A stretch of DNA of 64,000 nucleotides from Lytechinus pictus (lineage: Eukaryota): assembly GCF_037042905.1 (NCBI RefSeq), contig NC_087256.1:21886001-21950000 (forward strand), written 5' to 3'. Position 1 is the stretch's first letter, and every line of letters begins with the position of its first letter. The position numbers were made by a program, and so were the translations under genes. Below the pieces are notes generated by a model. It saw only the letters and a program-made list of their open reading frames with translations, had not been told where the DNA came from and searched no databases. This document shows, in pieces, positions 52,001-63,116 of the stretch.

Positions 52001-55000
52001 ATCCGATTTTGATGAAATTTTCAGTGTTATTCTTGTTGGATATTTCTCTTTTTATTCAAATGAACTTTTTTGTTGGGGTGGACTTGTCCTTTAAGTAATT
52101 TAAAATTTATTATCTAATAAACACAAATTATCATGTGGTACATGAATTACCAAGAAAATTTTGATTTCAAACACATCACTTACTCATCTCCTGTGATTTG
52201 AAGTGGCGCAGCCTGGAGCACAAGCCTAGGCCCCATAGCCAAGATGGCTGCCCCCATGGCCTTGTCCAGCTCCTGCTTGTAGGCAAAATGCTGTGACCCA
52301 CGGAGGTCACACATGGTCTGGAGACACTTGGACATGAAACTGTGACCCTCCCTGCCATATGCCTACAAAGTCATACAAAAATAAAATTCTATTTAGATTT
52401 ATGAAAATATGGTTTATTATTGGTTAGTACAGTCAAGCTTTTCAAGAATAAGAACTTCATGTTTGATCTAGAGCTACCAGTACAAGAAAACATTTTATAC
52501 AGTCCTATATAATGTAGTACGCTAGGCATGCTTTTATTTTGATATATGATGAAAATAAATATGTCTTTAGGTTGGCTTTGAATGACTCTATCGACTTAGC
52601 ATTGCATACTGTTGAAGAATGTGCATCCCATCAAGTGGGAGTGCTATCAGCAAAAGCTTTTTCACCACATAAGCATTTGACTCTATGAGTTGTCAACAAC
52701 CTGGTTCCCGAAGATCCTAGATTTCTAGTAGGTACATATTCCGAGATAGGATCATCAAAATATTGACGAGCGCAACCGCTAACCATTTTCCATGTAAGCA
52801 ACAAAATCTTGAATTTGATTCGCTCCATCACTGGCAACAGTGAATATTTTTTTAGAAAAGGTGTTATGTGTGCATATTTAGGAGCTTCACTGAGAATTCG
52901 GGCAGCGGAATTTTGCACTCTCTGTAACTGAACGATCTGATCCCATCAGCTTACCTCGAAGAAGGCTGCCAAAATTTTCATGACAAGGCCCCATGAAGAG
53001 TGGAACTTGTAGGAGAGTCCTGCCTCCACTGCCTGAAACATCTTCCTGATAGAAGCACTGGCACCCTGGTCCTTGGCGATGTTTTCCCTGGCTGGCTTCA
53101 CACATTCTATGAGCAGTGTCTGGTAGAGTCAAGTGGTGTGATCAAAGATATAGAACATGGTGAGAACAGGAATAGGAACAGATAGACAGGAAAATGAAAA
53201 TATAAGAAAGGAAAAAGAGGAGTAAAAAAGAGGTGTAGGGGAAAGAGGAAAAGGGGAAAAAGAGGACAATGAGGAGGAGAGAGAGGAAAAGGGGGAGAGG
53301 AAAAGGGGGAGAGGAAAAGGAAGAGGAGGTTGAAAAGGAGAAGTGGAAGAGGGAGAGGAAGATGAAGGGGGAAAAGGATGAGGAAGCGGAGGAGGAGAAA
53401 GAAAAAGAGGATTTGGGAAAAAAGAGGAAAGGGAAAAAGAGGATGAAGAAGAAAGGGAAAGGAAGGAGAAGATGAAAAGGAGAAAGTAAAAGAAGAGGTA
53501 GGGGTAGGCAAAAGGAATAGGAAGATGAAGAGAAGAGGAGGTGCAGAGGTAAAGAAGGTGAAGAGGAAAAAAGTAAAATATTACAATTCAAACCCATTTT
53601 TGGAAATACTACTTAAATAACGAATTAAAATAGAAGTAGTGAAGCATGTCGATTACGGTATAAAAACAAAAAACAAACCTTGAGTATCCCGGTAGCAGAC
53701 ACTTCAACATCAGCCCTATCCGACAGGAAACACACCATGGCTGATGAAAATAGACGAGGTAAATGACTGACGCAAAGCTTCTCATCCAGTCTGTCAAAAA
53801 TGAAATAGAAAGAGAATTTGGAAATTGTTGAGGTTGGAATGCTTGAAGTAATTCCTTTGTTGAGGACATTTATGAGTTTTATCTCACACATCCTCTGAAT
53901 CTGAATTTGGAACATGGTCACAAACACTGGTTTACAGATGGGGGGGGGGGGGAATAAGGGGTTTAAATTGAAACATATTTTCAAGAAAATTGTATTTGTT
54001 AAAGCCATATATACATGATTGTTGAAAGTGCACACTTAAAACTAACTATCCCAGGCTATGCTTCTTTAATGTCGAATCTGTAAAAGTTGAAAAATGTTAT
54101 AATTCTTACAATAAAATACAAAACAGCACGTGACATTGACTCTCTGATTTTCATATCGCTGTGATGTGCTTATAATTATGAAATATAGGCAAAATTTCAA
54201 AATTCATAACTTTCTGATTTGACACTATCAGCATCATGCTTATTTCATTTTTATTTATATTTATTCAATTTTTGTTTGGGGTGGACTTGCCCTAGATAGG
54301 TTACCTACCTGAATAGATTTAGATGAGCCTGTTGCATGACGGCCAGCCACGCCTGCATGGCTTGGGAATCACTCTCACCCGGCTGGTAATCATACAGGGC
54401 ATTGATCAGCTGAGCATTCAGGTCTGGAGGGAGACTAGCAGGGCTTGGCTGCATGGTGAACATTCCATGCAGTGCCTTCATCGATACTGATGTCACAAGC
54501 TTGATGAAAAAGGATGGAGTAAAAAAAAGTTAGAGAATGTGCATTGAATATAAAAAGAGGAAAAATATCATCTGACACAGATTCTAGCTCTGGGGAGAGT
54601 AAACCAAATGAACATTCAGGTCTGAAGGAAGACTAGCAGGGCTTGGCTGCATGGTGGACATGCCATGCAGTGCCTTCATTGATACTGATGTCACAAGCTT
54701 GATGAAAAGGATGGAGTACAAAAAAGTGAGAGAATGTGCATTGAATATAAAGAAAAAAATATCATCTGACACAGATGCAGAGATGCCAACTTTTGGAAAT
54801 CAGAATTAGGGAGGATTTGCAACCGACACCAAATTATGTGCGCGTAGCGCACATCTCGAGCGTGGAGCGCTCAACCCTTGCGGCCGGGGTCGAGGGCCCG
54901 CCTTAGGGCCCTGGAAGCTCTGGGTTTCTAGATGCTCTCTGGTGCAATCTGACCCTTATTTTGGAGCATTTCACATGTTTTTAAAAAAACATTGTTCCCA

Positions 55001-58000
55001 CTTTTTTGACATAAAAATAAAAATATCAAATATGCATTTTTACATGTAAAAAAAATGAGGGGACAATAGAAGAAAAGTACCTGTTCAACTATAATAATGA
55101 GGAATTATCCTCTTTATTATTATTAAAGCGCGGGTAACGTCTTCCTCCTCGCTGGTCCCTTGCTTGGTGAAATAAGTCAACAGGGTACTAGTGGAGCTCG
55201 AAGATCTCGTCTTCGCAATGTCCGTATGCCGTTTGCTCCCTACGTGCTTCCGAATATCATCACGACCTCCGTGCTCAACTTTAATGTCCACGCTGCAAAT
55301 TGTGCAAAATGCATGGTAGATTCCTCTTTCCGAATACACGGGTACTGGAGACTGTATTCAGTCTTATACTTCTGAGACCATTTCTTGGTCTTTTTTTGTT
55401 GATTTTCCGCCATTTCATGTCAATATCAACCCATCAATACGCCGAAATCACACACCGATATTCCATCGCACGACTCGACAAATCCAGCGGCCGCGAGCGC
55501 ACACGCCTCGCGAAGCTAGCCAGGCCTACCGGCCTGGTGCACAGTGGATTCCCGTTGGGCATATCACATGCACCAGCTTTTCGCTGCTCCTTATTTGTCT
55601 GCCTTTCACACAGAATTTAGTAGCAGCGAAACGTAATGGAGTTACTACATGCTAAAGTCAGCAGACGATACATGTACTTCCAATCCAATTTGATCAATGC
55701 AAAAAAAATCGTAATTTCGGGAGGATAAGGATGGTAATCGTAAGGGCGGGAGTTGGGATGAATTTTCGGGAGCCTCCCGATGAAATCGGGAGGGTTGGCA
55801 TCTCTGCAGATGCTAGCTCTGGGAGAGTGAACCAAATGAACATTCAGGTCTGAAGGGAGACTAGCAGGGCTAGGCTGCATGGTGAACATTCCATGCAGTG
55901 CCTTCATTGATACTGATGTCACAAGCTTGATGGAAATGGATGGAGTGAAAAAAAGTGAGAGAATATACATTGAATATAAAGAGAGAAAAAATATCATCTG
56001 ACACAGATTCTAGCTCTTGGGAGAGTGAACCAAATGAACATTCAGGTCTGAAGGGAGACTAGCAGGGCTTGGCTGCATGGTGAACATTCCATGCAGTGCC
56101 TCCATCGATACTGATGTCACAAGCTTGATGGAAATGGATGGAGTGAAAAAAAGTGAGAGAATATACATTGAATATAAAAAGAGGAAAAATATATCAGAGC
56201 AATTCCATAAATTAAGTATGTCCGACCCCCAATTTGTGGGACCTTCATGAATGTTTCTGTCTCTGATTTCTTGTTCTTTTGACAGTCTGTAATGTTCTCA
56301 AAGGACCATGACTTGGTCAGTTTATGAAATGAAGTAAAACTTGAGAAAAAAGGTGGTCGGACGAACAAAAAGGTTGATCATTTTATGGAATTGCCCATCA
56401 TCTGACACAGATTTTAGCTCAATGGAGCATGAATTTAAATGAGCATTTAGGACTGGAGGGAGACTAGCAGGGTTTGGCTAAATAGTGAATATGTTATTGA
56501 AAATACATTTTTCTTTCTAATCCAATTCAAGAATTTATAAAGCGTTTATTGGAATGAATCTTGCATTACTTGCATTTTTTTTTTTTTCCCTCTCTATCTC
56601 TATCTATAATAGAGAGTTTTATTAATCCTATTGTTTTAATAGCAAAACTTCCCCAATCAAGGGGACTGGTATCACAAAACAAAATTGTCTGCTCACAATT
56701 AAAACTGAAAGAAAAAAGGGGGAATTACTTGCAAAGCATCTATCCCCATTAATTCAGCAAACAAACGCATCACACCGTGGATTACCATAAAAGAAAACTA
56801 CTCCAATCTACCGACTCCACTCCAAAACCACAACAATATCCACATCATGCAATAAAGGTTCATTGGTGACACTTCATACTCATTACAAACAAATACAAAG
56901 ACACTATAAGAGTAATGCAAATGAGTCTAAATTACCTGTAATATTAACAATTGATTATAATTAACTGTCCAGGGGCCTGTTGCAGAAAGAGTTGCATTTA
57001 AACACAAGTCAAAATATAAGCGCAAGTCCCGAATACGGGTGCTTCATTGGCTGAGAATCAAGTTGCGCAATATTTTTTTAGTTGCGTTTGATCGCAATTC
57101 TTTCTGCAACGGGCCCCAGATATGAAACTCATTTCTTAACTCACCACATTGCTCAGGGTCATGACCTTTAATATGGTTTCACATGTCGTCTTGAGTTGAT
57201 TCTTGGGAAAGGACACAAGAATATCTTTGAGAAGGGTCAACACATGACACGTTGTTCCTGCCTCTCCAGTACCTGGGTCAGGACAAGCAAAACAAGAACA
57301 AATTTGAATAATGGACATTTGAATGATCAAAAGTTTGCAAGTGGTGTTGGAAGAGGCCACTTCGTAGTTCCATTCTGCGCATGATCAGAAGAAGGTCATT
57401 GGCACTAAAGTGACATGGTGGTTTGATATTTAATGAGATAAGCACCAACTTTGGTGTCTTGATTATTCATATACTCTTTTGAATGGCATTTTTCATTGGA
57501 TCCACAAAAAGCAAAAATGCGTCCACTAGCGACTAGTATTTGACAGTTTTCCAAGTAAATTGTTATAATAACGTGCTAACGCATTCAAAGTAGAAATGCA
57601 ACAAACACCTTCATAGGGTATTCATTGGTGTGCTATTCTAGTCACCAGGGCCCCGTCTTAAAAAGAGTAGCGATCCGATCCATCCGATAACTCTATGGAA
57701 ATTGATCAGTGTCATAATTTTTTTCTACGAAAAATTTCCTCAATGTCTTTCGTATGCAAAGAGAAGCGCAGTGAATGTTCAAGAAAACAATGAATGCATG
57801 AATATACATGTAGCTAGAAAATATTTTGAACAAGCATGCATAATAGATGTTGACGTTGCTGGCCGTCCATAGTTACGATTGATCAGATCAATCGTAACTC
57901 CTTGTAAGATGGGGCCCTGGTCTATGCATTGTTTGCATCTTGATATGTAAGGCATGCTTACATAAGTCTTGCTTTGAAATTGATTGCATTTTTCCCCCAT

Positions 58001-61000
58001 TTAAATCTTTGTGAAACCACCTCTCTCTCTCTATCAACATGTCATAAATGGGAAATTCCATAAAATGATCAACCTTTTTGTACGTCAGACCCCCATTTTT
58101 TTTCAAGTCTTACTTCACTTCATAAACTGACCAAGTCATGGTCATTTGACAGCATTACAGACAGTCAAAAGAACCAAAAATAAGAGTCAGAATATTTCAT
58201 GAAAGTCCCAAATATAGGGGGTCGGACGTACATATTTTATGGAATTGCCCAAATGTAAACACCGGTACTACTGATTCTGCAACAGTTTCAAAAGTATCTC
58301 GAGTAAACTCACCTCCGTGTTGCTCTATCTGCTGCACACAGAACTTTGACGTAGTCACAGCTGCGGGATGATGGGAAGGCGGGTCGGGCAAGGTCATGAA
58401 TTTACTTCCTTTCAGAATAGAGCAAACGGCATGGTGAGCAGCTTTGCGTACCTGAAAGGGGATGAAAGATGAGAACTGAGGCTCTTGGCATGACCACTTC
58501 TAAACAAGTTATGGAGGCCATCATGAGAATCAACACACTGCTTTGAGTAAGTTACTTTCTAGGGCCCACAATCTCCATGGAACAGTGATCTAGATTGAAA
58601 TCTTAGTTTGCACACAGATTGATTGCTCATTCTACTGGCCTATTAAAGGCACGTTCAATAAATAGGAACCTTCATGAAACTGTAAGACAATGTAGAAAAA
58701 AAAATCAGAATGGAATAAAGAAAAACTGTATGCAATATTTGATTCCATTCCATTTTTTTAATTATGGCTTGAATTTCAGTATTGTGAGGAAGTAATAAGT
58801 GAATAGTATACCCAACTTTAAATTGCACATATCATAGCTTCAGTTGTTCTGCTGCCACTGAAGTTCCTTATTCATATTAACACTAGAATGGATGATATCA
58901 AGTAAATCTTTCTAATTCCAGTGTGCTGGCATTACTAACTCATGCCTATTTTTTCCTTACATCACATTATGGGTTGTGTTAATTCTGATCTGGGAAATGT
59001 ACGAAGATTACTGACTTTACTTACTACCTGTATTGTATGACTTAGAATTTTGTACAAAAGAATTCTGTAGGTTACAATCACAGAAAATGTTAACCACCAA
59101 AGCCAAGGGTCAAGTAATTAATAATGATTTTCTTGGTGAAATAAAGATTATCTCATCCTACAGAGTGGATTTAGTAATTTATATGTCACCTCATCATAAC
59201 TTCTTTAGCTAGATATTGTTCCACTTTGTGCTGCACTCAACCCAGGTGATGTAAATTGGTAACTGGCAGGAATTGATTCCTTGAAATGCTTGTTTGCTGT
59301 AAAAGGCTTGTTGGGCTAAAGCCAGGGTAACAATATTCAAAGTCCCTTTGGAAAGACAAAAAGCTGATAGATAAAGTGATATGAGATGTAGAAGAACTAT
59401 CATTTTTTTATTGTAATTATTCAAATCATCAAAAAGGGTATGAAGTTACATATTTCACCTCACCTTTGGTTTTGAATGAATGGCATAGTTGAGAATGCCA
59501 TGATATATTTGAAGCGTAGAGGAGTCGGACCAAACTAGCGGGTCCTGGACTCGCAGGATGGTGCTGAGACAGGAGAGGGTGGACCGAACGACCGATGTGG
59601 CCGCGGCAGGCGACGATGATTGCTGGGCTAGGATCTTAAGCAGTGTCTGACAGCAAACAGAAAACTTCAGCTTTAATATCGATGATGGTACTCTGAGATG
59701 AAAGAAAAGCAGTAGATTATTTCAATGAATTTTAATTTCATCAAATGGGTAGGACATTCTTGCAAAGAACGCACACTTGTTAGGTTCTTAAGCAATAAAC
59801 TTGACTGACCAAAGTAAGATTGTAGTCTACAATTTCAGCAGAAACTGTATCGGATCAGTAATTTGACAACTAGTATCAAGATATTGAAAATCATATACGG
59901 GTGTATATATCATATGTAATGGTGAATATAGATATATAGGAATACAGAACATACATGTAAATAAGGTGGTCCATACCTTTTGATGATAAGAGACAACAGG
60001 AAAAGCACGGCAGACACTGCTTCATCATCATCTACACTATCCAGTGTGGTCATCTTAAAAAAATATCAACAAAATAAATTACTTCACCGTACAATATTTC
60101 AAGAAAAATGAAAGCAAGTTGGACCATGTTACACCCACAAATGTAAAAGATGCCCACAAATGACATAGCACCAACAAATATAATAACGCGAATAACTGCA
60201 AAACACTTTCCACAAATGTAAGAACATCCACAGATGAAACAATACTGTACCCACAAATGCAATAATTTCACCCGCAAATGAAATAAATGCATAATGCATA
60301 ATCTTGAATTATACACAAATGTAATGACTTTACCCACAAATTTAATAAATTTGAAGAGATATTTTGTAGAATTTGTTGAAAAGTAAACTCTGTAATAAAG
60401 TATGGGTATAGTGTGCAGTCTTTACTCCAGACCCAGTTAAGTCACAACTACAATGATTCTAATACATTCACAAAACTTACCAAAGCAGCAAAATATTCCG
60501 TCTCTGTTTCCTTGCCACCTTTCTCCCGTATCACTTCAGTCACGGCAGCCAAAACAGCACAAATCTGAAACAGGAATGTGAGCGGGTGATTAATAAAAAA
60601 ATGTCATTCTATTAAAACACCTGCTCCTTTAGAGCGCTTAGAGACCTCTGATAGTGTTAAGCGCTATATAAGCAAGTATAATCAATATCATTTCAAAAGT
60701 AGATGGATTCTCGACCGCACACAGTCAAAATTTATGCCCCTGCCAATGCCAGATCTGAGATTTCTTGCATACTTTATTATGATATTGTGAAAACCAAGAA
60801 ATTAATCTAATCACATTAATGAGGCAATCTTTTTTTTTTTTTTACATTAATTAGACAATCTTCTTTCAAGCTTATACGACCCTCTTATGTGATATACCCT
60901 TTAATGATTATACATTCATGCAAGAGTGAGCAAAAACAATTTGAAGAATGGATACCCAAGAAGTCACTTGGCGGGTGGTATCTGAATATAAAACAGAACA

Positions 61001-62428
61001 GAATAGAATGTCTTCCGGACAAGATCTTGGTGGATGGATAAATGACAGGATGCAAATATTATGTATGAGCAAAAGCCGGTAATAAAGCACAACAATAACA
61101 CTAATACTTCGCACTGTAGTCTACCACCATTCTCCAACTTGACGTTATGTCGTTATTATCATTACTATTAACTTGTACAATGCCATTCCCACCCATTAAA
61201 GGTGACTGGATCACAACAAAAAAATGGAAGGACTGTTTGACATCAAAACCACACAATAAGCCAACAGGGTTTTGTGAATGAACACTTTTTTAAAAACAAA
61301 TAAGGCCCTAAAGATAAGGTTGGTATTATCAATCCTTGTTATTGCACAAATAAATCTCACTACATTGATTAGAAAATTTAGAAGAAAAAAAATTATGAAC
61401 CAGTATTAAGTACCTCTTTATGACTAGCGGAGCTTGACTCCCAATACCTCTTGACCCGATTGAAGGCAGGCTGGGAACAGTCGGTCACCCCGCTCAAGAA
61501 TGTACCATAAGTCTCCCCACCGACAGAGACACTGTCCGAGGCCACGCCCCCCATCATGACATCGCTGTCCCCTTGCACCACATTGTGCTCATCGAGAGCT
61601 TTCTGTGTCAATCCACTTTCTGTATATACACACCAATGACAGAGGGGTAAATGAAAAGAACAAATTACAATGAAATTAGGGATTAATTAAATACCTTAAA
61701 CTTGCATAGAGACAGAAATTGATGTACAAGAAACTCAACCTTGGTTAACTGTACAATACCATGGAAAACATAAGTCATAAATGTGGCAAAGTATTATTCC
61801 CTGTACATACCACCATAGCATAAAGGCATTTTTAAAATCTTAAATACAGATTTCATGGAAATATTTTAAAATTCAATAAGAGAAAAGAGCATTAGGAAAC
61901 ACAAATTTATGTACATGTAGTACCTGGGCATTGTGGCGTGCTACTGTAATAAGTTACGTGCGAAAGTTACAAACTGATGTAGTGGTTCAAGCTCTGGTCA
62001 AGTCTTTCAGATGGTGATGTTAAAAGGTTGGTCCCAATGTAAATAATTATATTTGATTGATACAGCGCTTTAAAAGCTCAATTACACACACACTCGACAC
62101 TCTTATCTGCTTGATACTTAGGGTGACTTTCACGATTTTTCTTGAAAATTTCCTATGGTTTCTGACCAGTGAGCATTCAGAAATTTTCATTAAAAAAGGC
62201 CAAATTTTCTCTACCATAATTGTTTGAACGAAAAGAAGCATGCCTCTTTCACACCAACTGCTACTTACCAGAATGTCTGGGAGCTTTCCTGAAATTAGAA
62301 GGCAGAAACCTGTTCTGTTTTGCTGCCTCTCTGTGCCCTTTCTTCTGTGGGTTGGTCACGCAGCTCTGGCCCTTTTTCCATCTCTTTCCCTTTGCTCCCT
62401 TGTTCTTGATCCTTCCAGGTCCTTTCAT
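28082..62428 (-). CDS. RRP12: RRP12-like ribosome biogenesis/export HEAT-repeat protein (NUC173 domain), 27 coding exons, 1323 aa
   Basis: Exons (minus): 62428-62269, 61619-61414, 60564-60481, 60053-59977, 59692-59464, 58451-58313, 57272-57145, 54499-54309, 53790-53679, 53119-52955, 52362-52184, 50899-50778, 49308-49081, 48675-48527, 47074-46919, 45699-45541, 44439-44250, 43192-43085, 42450-42293, 40715-40624, 38414-38223, 37458-37262, 31982-31774, 31168-31090, 30474-30389, 29118-29036, 28175-28082. All are GT-AG with consistent phases, 3972 nt in total. RRP12 motifs seen: [121 protein letters not shown]. An acceptor next to 62451 implies a further non-coding 5' exon. Confidence 0.96.
28468..28725. 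mobile_element. MITE with ~60-bp TIRs nested inside another MITE
   Basis: tacagtaccgaagcgatgacgtcagttgccatggtgtcat versus aatgacaccatggcaactgacgtcacacttcggtactcta; it splits the host motif gacaa|ttgctc. Confidence 0.8.
29228..29616. mobile_element. Two adjacent copies of a Harbinger-like MITE
   Basis: gtttcataaagctgttcgtaag / cttacgaacagctttatgaaac inverted pairs at 29228-29401 and about 29400-29616. Confidence 0.75.
29919..30196. mobile_element. Harbinger-like MITE (second copy at 57646-57919)
   Basis: gggccccgtcttac / gtaagacagggcccc termini; internal sequence shared with 57646-57919. Confidence 0.8.
32368..33000 (+). mobile_element. tRNA(Arg-like)-derived SINE with Meta-domain-like core, interrupted by a MITE
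   Basis: Head ggcagcgTAGCTCAGTCGGttgaagcg...cttcgagtccc (A and B boxes); core ggtcctgtgtataggagagtc..tgcatgttaaa resembles the MetaSINE core as recalled; right end approximate. Confidence 0.65.
32615..32798. mobile_element. CAG-terminal MITE with 6-bp TSD
   Basis: caggggtgagagt ... actctcacacccctg, flanked by ACTATT at 32609-32614 and 32799-32804. Confidence 0.8.
33256..33670. mobile_element. PIF/Harbinger MITE (TTA TSD)
   Basis: tta|aggccaccgcacaccttac ... gtaaggtgtgcggtcgcct|tta. Confidence 0.85.
33720..36200. repeat. 100-102-bp tandem satellite, about 24 units, in RRP12 intron 22
   Basis: Unit cttctacatgacttactctacaaggatagcttgcagacttttactttgttcaactgacaaactgcagatgcaacagaaaagggttaaggaatgtcacatatc; near-identical centre and diverged edges. 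Confidence 0.97.
36310..36735. repeat. Diverged 171-bp tandem duplication (about 2.5 units)
   Basis: tgaggacctgaca recurs at 36381, 36552 and 36723 with aligned flanks. Confidence 0.75.
36880..37180 (+). mobile_element. Decayed LINE reverse-transcriptase fragment
   Basis: Frameshifted remnants of [19 protein letters not shown] (GVPQGSVLGP) and FADE (YADD). Confidence 0.7.
38366..40500 (-). repeat. 216-222-bp tandem array containing copies of the RRP12 exon 21 acceptor and first ~48 nt
   Basis: Unit starts at 38366 (true exon), 38585, 38801, 39023, 39245, 39464, 39686 and 39908, with degenerate monomers out to about 40500. Confidence 0.95.
43560..43905 (+). mobile_element. RTE-type LINE 3' fragment
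   Basis: Decayed RW.G...RR....V...LEV..RGKR.PK....V.......L...D.RDKKKW, typical of the RTE C-terminus. Confidence 0.65.
47135..47718. mobile_element. Kolobok-like MITE, same family as 12460-12964
   Basis: ttaa|aggagaatgaaactcttgg ... caagggtttcattctcct|ttaa; about 60 nt from the exon 15 acceptor. Confidence 0.85.
51490..52090. mobile_element. Kolobok-like MITE (second family)
   Basis: ttaa|aggtcaagtccatccca ... tggggtggacttgtcct|ttaa with long imperfect TIRs. Confidence 0.85.
52560..52920 (-). mobile_element. L2/CR1-type LINE 3' fragment
   Basis: [19 protein letters not shown]...[14 protein letters not shown]...YVPTRNL.S matches the L2/CR1 ORF2 C-terminal signature. Confidence 0.85.
53165..53578. 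repeat. GA-rich low-complexity tract (polypyrimidine on the RRP12 sense strand)
   Basis: About 410 nt almost entirely A/G on the plus strand. Confidence 0.9.
54778..55806 (-). mobile_element. Internally deleted hAT-like transposon with BED zinc-finger remnant and 6-bp TSD
   Basis: Perfect 13-bp TIRs CAGAGATGCCAAC / GTTGGCATCTCTG; CAGATG duplicated at 54772-54777 and 55807-55812. A frameshifted ORF from 55413 reads [27 protein letters not shown] / [36 protein letters not shown] (C-x2-C...H-x5-H). Confidence 0.9.
56197..56396. mobile_element. Sola-like MITE (GRG termini, 4-bp TSD ATCA)
   Basis: atca|gagcaattccataaa ... ttttatggaattgccc|atca. Confidence 0.8.
56970..57119. mobile_element. Harbinger-like MITE
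   Basis: caggggcctgttgcagaaagagttgc / gcaattctttctgcaacgggccccag. Confidence 0.8.
58050..58250. mobile_element. Sola-like MITE (4-bp TSD AAAT), inverted copy of 56197-56396
   Basis: aaat|gggaaattccataaaa ... ttttatggaattgccc|aaat; the interior is the reverse complement of the other copy. Confidence 0.85.
60128..60348. repeat. Degenerate minisatellite of cccacaaatgtaa motifs (probably a transposon subterminal region)
   Basis: About 8 irregularly spaced cacaaatg motifs. Confidence 0.6.
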
Positions 62429-62960
62429 CTTGACATCTCCTTATCAAAACACTGTCAAACAAACAAAAGAAAAAAGTAGAGAGAGAGGGAGGGTGATTTT
62501 AAGCTCAATTTTTATTCGGGGTACCCCTGTCTTTTGCAATCTGCCTCATATGCATTATCCCAAGGCAAGATTAGAGAAGTGCAACCTGATTCAAACTGCA
62601 ACAAGTGGTATCAGATTAAGAGTATCAGAATGTTATCTTATTGATACACCATGATGAGCGTAGAACGTAGAATGGTGATAATCTGTGAGCAGGGGGGAGA
62701 GTGTTATGCTAGTGGCATCAGTCACAGATTCATTTCTTGCCTCAACTCGCACTCAAAAAGTTCTAAGAACAGACTGAGCAACATTTTTTTCTTTGCTACA
62801 TTCCAAGTTTCACACAGACAGATTTAACCTGAGAAATTAACAGCTGACATGAGACATTCAAGATCATCAAGAAAGTTAGTCACATCTAGCCTTGAGTACT
62901 CCGTGATGATGTTTTTAATTATTTTTACAAAACATCACGGAGCCTTGAAATGGTCACCAT

Positions 62961-63103
62961 CAGGGGCCGAGGAAGCGGGGGGCATCAGCCCCCCACTTTT
63001 TTTCCAAAACCATTTACAAAAACGTAAAAATTACCAAATAATTGTGATGTTTTGCATGGTTAGCCCCCCCCCCCCACTTTTGAAAACCGTTCCGCGGCCC
63101 CTG
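62961..63103. mobile_element. Short CAG-terminal MITE
   Basis: caggggccgaggaagcgg / ccgttccgcggcccctg; no clear TSD. Confidence 0.65.
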
Positions 63104-63116
63104 GCCAAACCTCAAG

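Larger units (their letters stand above)
54500..56480 (-). repeat. 198-bp tandem duplications of the RRP12 exon 8 acceptor and 5' half, interrupted by two transposons
   Basis: Exon-start copies at 54697, 55925 and 56123 (true start 54499), plus a partial copy at 56400-56480. Confidence 0.93.

Noticed and set aside
53107-53597. Phe/Leu/Pro-rich and Lys/Glu-rich ORFs
   Set aside because: They are low-complexity GA tract artefacts.
62650-62780. C/D box snoRNA candidate (ATGATGA...CTGA)
   Set aside because: It is antisense to the host gene, with no terminal stem or recognisable rRNA guide. I found no convincing intronic snoRNA by eye; a covariance-model search would be needed to exclude one.
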